From an uncultured Clostridia bacterium (lineage in GTDB: Bacteria; Acidobacteriota; Aminicenantia; UBA2199), in assembly GCA_964633415.1 (NCBI GenBank), contig CAZWFY010000006.1, forward strand, positions 6,099 to 70,098: a stretch of DNA of 64,000 nt, read 5' to 3'. Shown one piece after another: positions 25,777 through 34,978 of this stretch. The notes under the pieces are model-generated. The model saw only the letters and a list, made by a program, of their open reading frames with translations. It was not told the origin of the DNA and did no database searches. Numbering within the stretch: the stretch's first letter is position 1; each line of letters opens with the position of its first letter. Position numbers and translations under genes: made by a program.

Positions 25777-27878
25777 AAAAGATAACAATATGGATCTCAC
25801 TGATATTTTTTGTTTTTGGAATGTCGGCTTTGAATGCAAAAAGGAGTAAAATTGATAAAATCAAATATCCTCCTTTAAATAAGATCGTAAAACCCGTAAT
25901 TGATAAGGATATAACAAACAACGGAATAAAATTACGTTTAATAAAAACAACAAGATTCCCGATTATTACACTAAGAGCCTATTTTAAGGGTGGAGATGTG
26001 TATGATCCTTCGGATAAAACGGGGTTAGCTTCAATGACAGCAAGTCTTATGAGGATAGGGGGTGCCGGTGAATATAGTTCTGAAAAATTAGATACTGTTC
26101 TTGACTCAAAAGGAATTTCAATATCGATATACTCTAATGATGATTATTATGTTGTTTCGCTTTCTTCTTTAAAAGAAAATTTTAAAGAATCTCTGAAAAT
26201 ATTATCACTTATACTTCAAAAACCTTTATTCAACAAAGATAAATTTGATGAGCTTAAAACGAGATTGGCAAGTTCAATCTCAAGAAGAAATGATGACCCG
26301 GCGTCTATTGCAGCAAGAGAATTCGAAAAGATTATTTACGGGTCCAAATCAGCTTTTGCTTCTCAGCTTGAGTATGAAAAAATCGATAACATAAAAATCA
26401 AAGATATTAAAGAGACTTTTGAAAGATTTTTTAAACCTTCCAATGCCGTGTTCGGTATTACAGGTCCTATATCGATTAAAGAATTTAAAAGTGATATAGA
26501 AGAATATTTCGGCAAATGGTCGGGAAATGCAGTAATTCCCGATTATCCTAAAGTCTTAAATATTGATAATAAATTTCAAATCGGATTTGCTCAAAAGGAC
26601 AATCTTAATCAGAGTTATATTAATTTAGGTCATATCGGATATATTGAGAATATTGATGAAAAAGCTGCGATCATGGTATTTAATTCTATATTTTCCCAGG
26701 GATTTAATTCAAGATTAATGCAGAGATTAAGAGTGAAAATGGGACTTACATATGGAATCGGCGGTGGAATTATGAACTCCTATCTTCATCCGGGAAAAGT
26801 TTTTTTCTCAACATTTACCAAATCGGAATCTACTATTGATGTTCTTAAAGCTATAAATGATGAGATTGAAAAAATTCGCAGGGAAAAGGTTTCAAAGACG
26901 GAGTTGGAAGATGCAAAGAATTATTTTCTGAATTCATATGTTTTTAAATTTAGTTCTCCCGAAAAGATCCTTTATGATTATATGAAAAAGGAATTTTACG
27001 GTCTTGATGTAAAAAAATATGACAGGTTGATGGAGAATATCAAAAAAGTTTCGGTAGATGATGTTCTTAAAGTTGCAAAGAAGTATCTGAAACCTAATAA
27101 AATCGTTGCAATGGTAGTTGGTAACAAAAAAAAGATCAAAGGTGATTTATCCCAACTTGGAAAAGTTAAAAATATTGATATATCGATAAAACAACCTGTT
27201 TTAAAAGAGAAGATACCTGCAGCTACCGAACAGACACTTGAAATGGGAAAGAAAATTGTTTTTAATGCTTTGAATAAATGCTACAGAGGATATAAAAATA
27301 TCCGTTCATTAAGGATTCTTTCGAATGTAGAATTGAAAATGATGGGTAGAAATTTCTCTGTAGAGACCGACTCTTATACACAGTATCCGGATAGATCTTA
27401 TACTCTAACAAAAGTTATGGGTATGAAGATAGAAAGGATTATTGACGGTAATAAAGGAGTTATGAAACAGATGGGGCAGAGTAAACCGATTTCGTCTAAA
27501 GAGATAAAAAAGGGGGATTTTGCCTCAATATATGATATTTACAAAAATTATAAAAAATATAAGTTTCAATTTTTAAAGACAGAAAAGATCGGCAATTCTG
27601 TTTATGATATTATCTATATATTTACTTCCGGAGATAACTGGGTGAAATTTTTTATTAATAGAAAAAGTCATCTGATTGAATTTAAAGAAAAAATAGATAA
27701 TATTGCCGGAGAAAAAGGTGTTGCAAGAATAGTAAATTCTCAATTTAAGAAGATCGGAAATATATATTTTGCTTTCAAAACGGATATTTTATTAAAAGGA
27801 AAGAAAAAAGTCGGAATTACGGTTAAAAAAATTGAGATAAACCCGAAAATAAATTCAGATATGTTTAAAATGGATTGA
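25773..27878 (+). CDS. M16-family peptidase-like protein lacking the HxxEH motif, with a roughly 250-aa C-terminal extension.
   Basis: Signal peptide and an M16 fold, with no HxxEH in the N-terminal region. The extension spans about residues 450-701. The start overlaps the upstream M16 stop. Confidence 0.7.
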   Translation: MKKITIWISLIFFVFGMSALNAKRSKIDKIKYPPLNKIVKPVIDKDITNNGIKLRLIKTTRFPIITLRAYFKGGDVYDPSDKTGLASMTASLMRIGGAGEYSSEKLDTVLDSKGISISIYSNDDYYVVSLSSLKENFKESLKILSLILQKPLFNKDKFDELKTRLASSISRRNDDPASIAAREFEKIIYGSKSAFASQLEYEKIDNIKIKDIKETFERFFKPSNAVFGITGPISIKEFKSDIEEYFGKWSGNAVIPDYPKVLNIDNKFQIGFAQKDNLNQSYINLGHIGYIENIDEKAAIMVFNSIFSQGFNSRLMQRLRVKMGLTYGIGGGIMNSYLHPGKVFFSTFTKSESTIDVLKAINDEIEKIRREKVSKTELEDAKNYFLNSYVFKFSSPEKILYDYMKKEFYGLDVKKYDRLMENIKKVSVDDVLKVAKKYLKPNKIVAMVVGNKKKIKGDLSQLGKVKNIDISIKQPVLKEKIPAATEQTLEMGKKIVFNALNKCYRGYKNIRSLRILSNVELKMMGRNFSVETDSYTQYPDRSYTLTKVMGMKIERIIDGNKGVMKQMGQSKPISSKEIKKGDFASIYDIYKNYKKYKFQFLKTEKIGNSVYDIIYIFTSGDNWVKFFINRKSHLIEFKEKIDNIAGEKGVARIVNSQFKKIGNIYFAFKTDILLKGKKKVGITVKKIEINPKINSDMFKMD

Positions 27879-27934
27879 TACGTTTAAACTTTATTTTTTA
27901 ATCTGTTTTAATTTGGAATTATAAAGGATTTATA

Positions 27935-27963
27935 TTGACAAATTGAACACCTTAATGTAATTT
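27935..27963 (+). promoter_or_regulatory. Candidate promoter TTGACA-17-TAATTT for tRNA-Leu.
   Basis: -35 at 27935-27940 and -10-like at 27958-27963. The tRNA begins about 13 nt downstream. Confidence 0.3.
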
Positions 27964-27976
27964 TCTTTTTATTAAT

Positions 27977-28058
27977 GCGAAAGTGGCGGAATTGGCAGAC
28001 GCGTCAGACTTAGGATCTGGTGCCGAAAGGTGTGGGGGTTCGAGTCCCCCCTTTCGCA
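27977..28058 (+). tRNA. tRNA-Leu (TAG), type II with a long variable arm.
   Basis: GCGAAAGTGGCGGAATTGGCAGACGCGTCAGACTTAGGATCTGGTGCCGAAAGGTGTGGGGGTTCGAGTCCCCCCTTTCGCA. The anticodon loop ACTTAGG gives UAG. Confidence 0.85.
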
Positions 28059-28072
28059 TTGAGTATTAATAA

Positions 28073-28540
28073 TTGGTTTTGAAAAATGCAAATAGATTTG
28101 TTGTAATTCTTATTATAGCTTTTGGTGTTCATTTCTGTAATTATAAAAGCGAACCCGAAAAAGTTTGGGGGTTAAGGTCGAAAATCATAGAATTGGCGGA
28201 ATCGCTGAAAGGAATAAAATATCAATATGGCGGTTCTGAAATATATGGGTTCGATTGTTCAGGGTTTGTAAAATATGTTTACGGATCATTCGGGATTGAT
28301 ATACCGCGTACTGCTAAGAAGCAGGGAAAAATAAAACATAGAGTTAGATTTGACAAAGCTAAGCCCGGTGATATTCTGATTTTTAAAATATCACGTAAAA
28401 AATGGCATTCCGGAATCTATATTAACGAAAAATATTTTATCCATTCTCCGAACGGAAGAGGTTATATAAGAAGAGAAAAGTATAGTGGATATTGGATTAA
28501 AAAAATGAAATATGTAATTTCAATAATAGAAAGATATTAA
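28073..28540 (+). CDS. NlpC/P60 (C40) cell-wall peptidase.
   Basis: GFDCSGFVKYVY catalytic Cys motif with a downstream His (WHSGIYI). The true start may be internal. Confidence 0.75.
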   Translation: MVLKNANRFVVILIIAFGVHFCNYKSEPEKVWGLRSKIIELAESLKGIKYQYGGSEIYGFDCSGFVKYVYGSFGIDIPRTAKKQGKIKHRVRFDKAKPGDILIFKISRKKWHSGIYINEKYFIHSPNGRGYIRREKYSGYWIKKMKYVISIIERY

Positions 28541-29373
28541 TGTTTTTCCTTTTTATTAATAATATCAAAAAGTTTTTCCGAAATTAAAGTTACCCTCGGT
28601 CCGGGTCTCAGCCAGAATTGATCTTTAACAACAAAAATCTTTTTATTTAGAACTGCTGAAATATTGTTGAATTTATTCCATTGCTTAATAATGTCCCTTG
28701 AACTGCTCTTTTTTAAGAAATAGATAAATTCAATGATTATATCCGGATTCATATTGATAACCGATTCTATAGAAACCGTTGGATAGTTTAATTTTCCTTT
28801 ATAACAGTTTATTCCTCCGGAATATTTTAGAATTTCATTGAGATAGTCTCCCTTACCGATGATTATCATATTTCTAAGATGAAAAGGATCTCTTGAAATA
28901 ATTATAAGTACTTTCTTTTTTATACCCTTTGTTTTAAGAGAAATCTTATATAATTTATTTTTAATGGTCTTAACGGTTTGATTTCCTTTTTCCTTTTTGT
29001 TTAAAGCAACAGCTATTGTCTCAATTGATCTATATAAATCTTTTAAACTTTTATGCTCAAGAGAAATAAGTTTGACTTTCTTATTAAAAATTTTTATTTT
29101 TTCATAGTGTTCCGGATAATGAAATATTATATCCGGTTTTAATGAAATTATTTCTTCAATATTAAGATCGATAAATCCTCCGATTTTATTAATATGTCTC
29201 GCTTCTTTCGGATAATCGCAAAATTTTGTAACTCCTACAAGTCTGTTTCCCGAGCCCAGTTTGAAAATTATTTCCGTAATTCCTGGTGCAAGAGAAATCA
29301 GTCTCTGTGGAAATATCTGAAAACATAAGAATAACAGTCCTAATAAAAAGGGAGGAGTTATCGATCTTTTCAT
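28537..29373 (-). CDS. Periplasmic binding protein of the cobalamin/siderophore type (BtuF/FecB-like).
   Basis: Signal peptide then LISLAPGITEIIFKLGSGNRLVGVTKFCDYP, typical of class III SBPs. It lies 3 nt downstream of the TonB-dependent receptor. Confidence 0.7.
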   Translation of the reverse strand: MKRSITPPFLLGLLFLCFQIFPQRLISLAPGITEIIFKLGSGNRLVGVTKFCDYPKEARHINKIGGFIDLNIEEIISLKPDIIFHYPEHYEKIKIFNKKVKLISLEHKSLKDLYRSIETIAVALNKKEKGNQTVKTIKNKLYKISLKTKGIKKKVLIIISRDPFHLRNMIIIGKGDYLNEILKYSGGINCYKGKLNYPTVSIESVINMNPDIIIEFIYFLKKSSSRDIIKQWNKFNNISAVLNKKIFVVKDQFWLRPGPRVTLISEKLFDIINKKEKH

Positions 29374-29376
29374 CTT

Positions 29377-31215
29377 CTAATTATATAAAATTCCTATTTC
29401 AAATCTTCTTCCCGGCGTTAAATATCCGAATATTTCGGAATATTTTGAATTGAAAAGATTTGTAAGTTTTCCATACACATTAAATTTCTTTTTAACCGGG
29501 ATGGTGATGTTCAGATTGTAAACGTTATAGGAAGGCATATTTATGTCGGGCGGGTATATCATGAAATTATAATCTCCTCTTTTACCTACATAGATTGTAT
29601 TGAAACCTACGGTGAAGTGAGGGCTTGAATATCTGACTGAAGCTGTAAGAGAATCTTTCGGTCTTCTTTTAAGAGGTAGTCCTGTTGATTCATCAATGCT
29701 TTTCAAATGTGTATATGAGAGTTCAAAAACAGTATTTTTAATAATGGAAGAAGAGAAGGAAAATTCAATACCGTCGATTTTTGCCTCTTTAATATTCTGA
29801 TATTGTCCTCGCCATGTAACGGGATCAATTGTAACCCAATCAATCATATCTTTGTATGTAGATTTGAAAATCGTAAGACCTAAAATATGTTTTTTTAAAA
29901 AAATATCAGCTCCGATTTCACCTGAAACTCCCTTTTCCGGTAGTAAATTGAAATTCGGAGCTCCCCATGGATTTATCTGCTGAAGAAGAAGAGGTGCCTT
30001 GAAACTTTGGGAATATGATGTTCTGATCTTTATATTGCTATTGATTTTAAATGCAACTCCCAACTGTGGCGAAAAGTTAGCTTTTACACTCTTATATTTA
30101 TCAAATCTGATTGAAGATGTTAAAAATATAAATCCCAGGTCGGCATCTGCTTTAATAAAAGATGAAAAATAGTTTCTTGATTTGTTATCTATAACAGTCT
30201 TGGTACTGTTTGCGGAAAAAATTTTTGTAGATGAATAATCGAATCCTACACTAATATCAATATTTTTGCTTAAATATGAGTTGAAAACAGTATCAATCTC
30301 AATGTTTTTTGATCTGTTGGTATAATAGGGACTCCATTTATCATCGCTATCCTCAAATTTGTAGGAATTTCCGTTAAAAGATAAAGTTGTTCTTATTTTT
30401 GAATTTTCGCCGAGATTAAATATTAGAGGAACTGCAGCTATAAAATTATTACTTTTAAATTTTCTATTAGGTGAAGATTTGCCGGAATTGTTAAATGGGA
30501 TTCCCGAGTCGACACTGTTAAGAAAAAAGAGTAATCCGCCATTTAAGAAACCATCACTTTTAAAATCAATCTTTCCGTGAAATCCTATGTTTTTAAATAG
30601 ATCATTTATTGAATTATCTTTATAATTTTGGATAGAAGAAGAGACGGAGTATAAAATCCCGTTTTTTTGATTGCTTGTTGAAAAATTTGCCTGATATGAC
30701 CCGTGACTTCCGGTGTTTAACAGCACTTTTGTACCGTTGCTCCCTCCGAGAGAGATATTAACAACTCCTCCCATTGCATCCGAACCGTAGATACTGCTTA
30801 ACGGTCCTTTAACAACTTCAACTTTTTTGATAAGAAAAGCAGGTAGAAGAGAGAGATTTATTCCTCCTATGCTGGAATCGTCCCTTATTTTGATACCGTC
30901 AATCAGATAGAGAATCTGAGTGTTCCTCGATCCTCTGATGAAAGTTGATGATGACTGACCGAATTTACCATTGGAAAGTGTAAGAACTCCCGGAGACATA
31001 GAGAGTACTTCTTTTAAGTTAACCATTTTCAATGCTTGAATCTCATCATTTTCAACAACCGAAATACTTTGAATCGATTTACCGATGGGGATGTGACCTA
31101 TAACTTCAATGTATTCAACTTTTTCTTTTGAAATTTCTTCGGGATTTTTTTCATTTGAAAAAGTAGAAAACGATAATAGAAAAATAGATAAAACAACTGT
31201 AAATAATTTGATCAT
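29377..31215 (-). CDS. TonB-dependent outer-membrane receptor, probably for cobalamin (BtuB-like).
   Basis: Signal peptide, plug domain (IRGSRNTQILYLIDGIKIRD), a 22-strand barrel length and a C-terminal aromatic residue. A cobalamin riboswitch lies upstream. Confidence 0.85.
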   Translation of the reverse strand: MIKLFTVVLSIFLLSFSTFSNEKNPEEISKEKVEYIEVIGHIPIGKSIQSISVVENDEIQALKMVNLKEVLSMSPGVLTLSNGKFGQSSSTFIRGSRNTQILYLIDGIKIRDDSSIGGINLSLLPAFLIKKVEVVKGPLSSIYGSDAMGGVVNISLGGSNGTKVLLNTGSHGSYQANFSTSNQKNGILYSVSSSIQNYKDNSINDLFKNIGFHGKIDFKSDGFLNGGLLFFLNSVDSGIPFNNSGKSSPNRKFKSNNFIAAVPLIFNLGENSKIRTTLSFNGNSYKFEDSDDKWSPYYTNRSKNIEIDTVFNSYLSKNIDISVGFDYSSTKIFSANSTKTVIDNKSRNYFSSFIKADADLGFIFLTSSIRFDKYKSVKANFSPQLGVAFKINSNIKIRTSYSQSFKAPLLLQQINPWGAPNFNLLPEKGVSGEIGADIFLKKHILGLTIFKSTYKDMIDWVTIDPVTWRGQYQNIKEAKIDGIEFSFSSSIIKNTVFELSYTHLKSIDESTGLPLKRRPKDSLTASVRYSSPHFTVGFNTIYVGKRGDYNFMIYPPDINMPSYNVYNLNITIPVKKKFNVYGKLTNLFNSKYSEIFGYLTPGRRFEIGILYN

Positions 31216-31244
31216 AAAGATCCTCCTGTTTTTTTTTATGGAGG

Positions 31245-31445
31245 GTAAAATTTTATCTTAAACACGCCCTCCGCACGTTAAGATATTATTAAGGATTAAT
31301 AGGTCTTCCGACTCCCGGGAATCTTAGATGCCTTCCCCTTCAAAAATATGAAGAGTGGCTTAATCTCAAAGACCATATCTTTAAAAAAGACCCGGTCACG
31401 GCAGCGGGGGCTGTGGGGTTTTAAACCCTCTTCCCTTGAATTAAA
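31245..31445 (-). ncRNA. Cobalamin (AdoCbl) riboswitch.
   Basis: The minus-strand RNA reads ...AAGGGAAGAGGGTTTAAAACCCCACAGCCCCCGCTGCCGTGACCGGG..., matching the conserved GGGAA...GGTnnAAnnCC...GCCGTGA core. A GCCACTC element follows. A B12-box-like GAGTCGGAAGACC follows, then a GGAGGG/CCCTCC helix next to the RBS. Confidence 0.7.
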
Positions 31446-31457
31446 CCTTAAAAATAA

Positions 31458-31486
31458 ATTTTAATTCAATTATATTTCCATGTCAA
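31458..31486 (-). promoter_or_regulatory. Promoter TTGACA-17-TAAAAT for the riboswitch/btuB transcript.
   Basis: On the minus strand, TTGACA lies at 31486-31481 and TAAAAT at 31463-31458. The transcription start falls just 5' of the riboswitch. Confidence 0.4.
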
Positions 31487-31720
31487 TTGGGAAATAAAAA
31501 AAAATTATATGAATTTATAAATCCTTTCATTTTGTATCGTTAATATTGTGTTTACTATTTAAAAAATTTAATATCTTCTGTTGTAGGATTACTGTTTATT
31601 ATTTCAGGAATAATTATAAATAAGAAAATAGAGGATAGAAAAAGAGCAGGTTGTTGATTTTCTATGAAAAACATTGTTTGAAATTAGTTAATAATATTAT
31701 ATAATTCATATGAGGTACTA

Positions 31721-33358
31721 ATGAATATTGATCAGGGATCGTTAAAAGAAACTCCTGCAGGAGCTCTTTTATTAAAAATTTTTGAAGAAGGTAAAAGCGG
31801 AGTTCTGTACCTTAAACGTGATGAAATATTAAAAGAGCTTTATATTGACAGAGGAAAAATAGTTTGGGTAGCATCAAACTCCGAAGTTGATACGCTTGAG
31901 AATATGTTGATACTTCATAAAAGAGTTGAAAAACAAAATATTGATCAGATAAAAATGAATTCTAAAAACGAGATAGAGCTGGGGAAAAATCTTGTTGAAA
32001 AAGGAATGCTGACCTTGGAGGAACTGATAGAATTCTCAAAAGTTCAAATGAGAAAAATAGTTAAAAGTATTTTGAAATGGGGTGACGGGGTTTACTATTT
32101 TTCAAAAGATGTTCCTGCGAATACTTTTATAAATTTAGAAATAGATTTGAAAAAATTTGTATTTGATTTTGTTAAAGTTGATTTGGATATGGGATTTATT
32201 TGGAAAGGCATCGGCTCTTTTCAAGAACTATTTTTAAAATCGGAAGATAATAAAAAGATAGAAAAATATGATCTCTCACAGGCTGAACTTGAATTGCTTG
32301 ATAAATTTACAGGCGAAGTAAATGTTGAGGTTATTTCTCTTAATTTTGTCGGTTTACCAAAAGAGGAAATTTTAAAGACCATATACTTTTATCTACTTGC
32401 AGGACTTCTATATAAAAAAGATGATTATATTGAAGAGGATGAAAGATTAAAAGTACCGGATAATCTTATTTCAGAGTCAAAGAAAGACCCAATAAATTTA
32501 GATAATGAAATTTCCGAAATAGAACAGATTGATCTAGATGATATTAATGAAGAAGAGTCATATTCTTATGAAAAGGAATTTAAAAAAGATATAGATGAAA
32601 AAGAGAAAACTGTTTTAGATAATAAGGATGTTATTGAAGAGGATATTTCAATAACTGATAAAATGTTACAGGATCTTAATAAAGAAGAGACAAAAAAGAA
32701 GAGTAAAATATTTAATATTTTCTTTATATTAGTTGTTATTGCGATAATTATTGCAGGTGTAGTGCTTTTTGTACTTGATAAAGGAGACAATATTGCAAAA
32801 AACACTATAATTAACAAACCGGTTAAAAAGAGTGCTGATTCAAAAGGAATGGATAGGAACCCTGATAAGAAAAACGAATTGTCTACTTCAAAATCTTTAA
32901 TAAAAAGTGTTAATGAAGAAAACAATGTAAAAGGAGTTAAGGCAGATACAGGTCTGTCTCTTAAAAAAAGTGATAAACCTTCTGCTATTGTAAAAAATCT
33001 TAAAAAAGATAATTCTAAAATAGATAGTAGAACTCCGTTTGACTATTTTAATAGTGGAAGATTTGTTAAAGCCGGAAATCTCTGGAGAAAAGATTTACTT
33101 AATTCCGATTATAAATATTCCGTTTTACTTGAGCTTGATTGTCAAAAGGAATCGGTAAAATATGCGTATAGAAAAATTAAAAATAAGATCAATTTTTTTA
33201 TAATTAATCACACGAGAAATGGAAAAAACTGTTATCTTGTTTTATACGGGAGATATAAGACGGATCTTGATGCTTTGCGTTCAATTGACTTCTTACCAAA
33301 ATATTTCCTTAATCAAAAAAATCCACCTAGAGTCCTTGAATTGGCAAAATATCTCTGA
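31721..33358 (+). CDS. DUF4388-domain protein with an acidic linker, a TM helix and a C-terminal SPOR-like domain.
   Basis: The N-terminus LKETPAGALLLKIFEEGKSGVLYL...GKIVWVAS is DUF4388-like. A TM helix IFFILVVIAIIIAGVVLFVL follows. The C-terminus YSVLLELDCQ...CYLVLYGRYKTDLDALRSID is SPOR-like. Confidence 0.55.
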   Translation: MNIDQGSLKETPAGALLLKIFEEGKSGVLYLKRDEILKELYIDRGKIVWVASNSEVDTLENMLILHKRVEKQNIDQIKMNSKNEIELGKNLVEKGMLTLEELIEFSKVQMRKIVKSILKWGDGVYYFSKDVPANTFINLEIDLKKFVFDFVKVDLDMGFIWKGIGSFQELFLKSEDNKKIEKYDLSQAELELLDKFTGEVNVEVISLNFVGLPKEEILKTIYFYLLAGLLYKKDDYIEEDERLKVPDNLISESKKDPINLDNEISEIEQIDLDDINEEESYSYEKEFKKDIDEKEKTVLDNKDVIEEDISITDKMLQDLNKEETKKKSKIFNIFFILVVIAIIIAGVVLFVLDKGDNIAKNTIINKPVKKSADSKGMDRNPDKKNELSTSKSLIKSVNEENNVKGVKADTGLSLKKSDKPSAIVKNLKKDNSKIDSRTPFDYFNSGRFVKAGNLWRKDLLNSDYKYSVLLELDCQKESVKYAYRKIKNKINFFIINHTRNGKNCYLVLYGRYKTDLDALRSIDFLPKYFLNQKNPPRVLELAKYL

Positions 33359-33563
33359 AATTTTTCAGAAGACGGAGTGAAAATGTTAAAAATGAAGTTG
33401 AGGAAAGGGGATTTAAGATTATTGAATCAGATGTTTCGGAGTTTAGAAAAGTTGACGGAGGATTAAGTTGTCTCTCTTTGAGATTTTAATAATTTAATAA
33501 TAAAATTTATACAATTCTACCGTTAAATATAGAAGTGGATTGTAAATTTAATTGAATCTTTTA

Positions 33564-33764
33564 TTAAACTTTAGTAACGTTTACAGCTTGATCACCCTTA
33601 TCACCGGATTTGATCTCAAACTCTACATCTTCTCCTTCTTCGAGTGTTTTAAATCCTTCGGATTTAATCTCTTTGTAATGAACAAAAACATCGTTGCCTT
33701 CCTCTGTTGAAATGAAACCGTAACCTTTTTTGGCATTAAACCATTTAACCTTACCTCTAGCCAT
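33564..33764 (-). CDS. Cold-shock protein (CspA family).
   Basis: [30 protein letters not shown] has the RNP1/RNP2 motifs. The start is set at the internal ATG at 33764, which has an AAGGAG RBS. The longer ORF-track start is unlikely. Confidence 0.9.
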   Translation of the reverse strand: MARGKVKWFNAKKGYGFISTEEGNDVFVHYKEIKSEGFKTLEEGEDVEFEIKSGDKGDQAVNVTKV

Positions 33765-33918
33765 AAAAATCTCCTTAAAACCGCAAACTATATTCTGAAA
33801 TTTTTTAATACTATACAAATATTTTTTCAAAATATTGTTTACAACTAAAAGCGGATAATAATGTCTAATAAAAAAAAAGTCAAGAAAGAAAAGGGAAATT
33901 TTTAAATTAAAAAGAAGT

Positions 33919-33952
33919 ATAAAACCCCGCTCTATAGAAGCAGCGGGGTTTT
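33919..33952. terminator. Bidirectional rho-independent terminator between cydB and the csp gene.
   Basis: AAAACCCCGCTCTATAGAAGCAGCGGGGTTTT is a perfect 7-bp GC-rich stem flanked by A and T runs. Confidence 0.6.
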
Positions 33953-33961
33953 GATGTAGAG

Positions 33962-34978
33962 TTAATAGCTGTATTCGTTAAGTTCGACTTTACCTTTGAA
34001 TTTCCTATAAATAAATATTGTATAAATTAATACAATCGGAACACCTATTAGAGCAATTATAAGCATTGTAAAAAGTGTTCTGTGAGTAGATGAAGAGTTA
34101 TAGATCGTAAGTGAATATGAAAGGTCGGTCAAAGAGGGAACGAGTCGGGGGAATAGACTTATTGCCGCAATAGATATCATACCGCTTATAGAGACAGCCG
34201 AAGATAAAAAAGCCCAACCTAGTCTTTTTGATTTCACCATTATCGGAATGGACATGATTGCAATAAACAGAATGATGAAAGCTATCCAGAAAAGTGGATT
34301 TCCGAGTATCCCTTCAAACAGAAAACCTGCTTCAAAAAATGAATATATTGTTGCAAGAAAAAATATTGAAACAAAAGCTATCCAGAGTTTGGGAATAATG
34401 TTTAATATCTTTTTTTGATGGTCATTTTCCGTTTTCATTGCAAGATAGATTGATCCGTGAAGTGTGAACATAACCAAGCTGAGTATTCCTATAAGTATGG
34501 AGTAGGGGTTAAGAAGAGTGAAAAAGTTACCGGTAAAGATCCCTTTTGCGTTCAGGGGAATACCTCTAAGGATATTTCCGACGGCAACACCGAAAAGAAT
34601 TGCCGGGAAAAGACTTCCCAATCCGAAAGAGATGTCCCATATTTTTTTCCAGCGTGAAGATTCTATTTTTCCACGGAACTCCATTGAAACCGCTCTCATT
34701 ATAAGAAAAAGAAGAAGTAGCATTAAAGCCATATAAAAAGCACTGAATACAGTAGCATAAACTATCGGAAATGCGGCAAACAAAGCACCGCCGGCAGTTA
34801 AAAGCCACACTTCATTCCCATCCCAAACAGGAGCTATTGAGTTAATATTTATTCTCTTTTCAGTTTCATTTTTTGTGAAGAGATGAATTACACCGACTCC
34901 GAGATCAAATCCGTCAAGAATAGCGTATCCGGTTATTAAAACGCCGTAAAGTATAAACCAAGTTATGTTTAGGTCCAT
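33962..34978 (-). CDS. cydB: Cytochrome bd ubiquinol oxidase subunit II.
   Basis: 338 aa, about 8 TM helices, immediately downstream of cydA (start overlaps its stop). Confidence 0.85.
   Translation of the reverse strand: MDLNITWFILYGVLITGYAILDGFDLGVGVIHLFTKNETEKRININSIAPVWDGNEVWLLTAGGALFAAFPIVYATVFSAFYMALMLLLLFLIMRAVSMEFRGKIESSRWKKIWDISFGLGSLFPAILFGVAVGNILRGIPLNAKGIFTGNFFTLLNPYSILIGILSLVMFTLHGSIYLAMKTENDHQKKILNIIPKLWIAFVSIFFLATIYSFFEAGFLFEGILGNPLFWIAFIILFIAIMSIPIMVKSKRLGWAFLSSAVSISGMISIAAISLFPRLVPSLTDLSYSLTIYNSSSTHRTLFTMLIIALIGVPIVLIYTIFIYRKFKGKVELNEYSY

Noticed and set aside
33383-33466. 27-aa ORF (MLKMKLRKGDLRLLNQMFRSLEKLTED) with a weak GGAG upstream.
   Set aside because: It is too short, has no terminator or conservation evidence, and lies in the AT-rich region downstream of the DUF4388 gene. 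It could be real but is unsupported.
34457-34808. Three short ORFs on both strands inside cydB.
   Set aside because: They are internal to the well-supported cytochrome bd subunit II frame.
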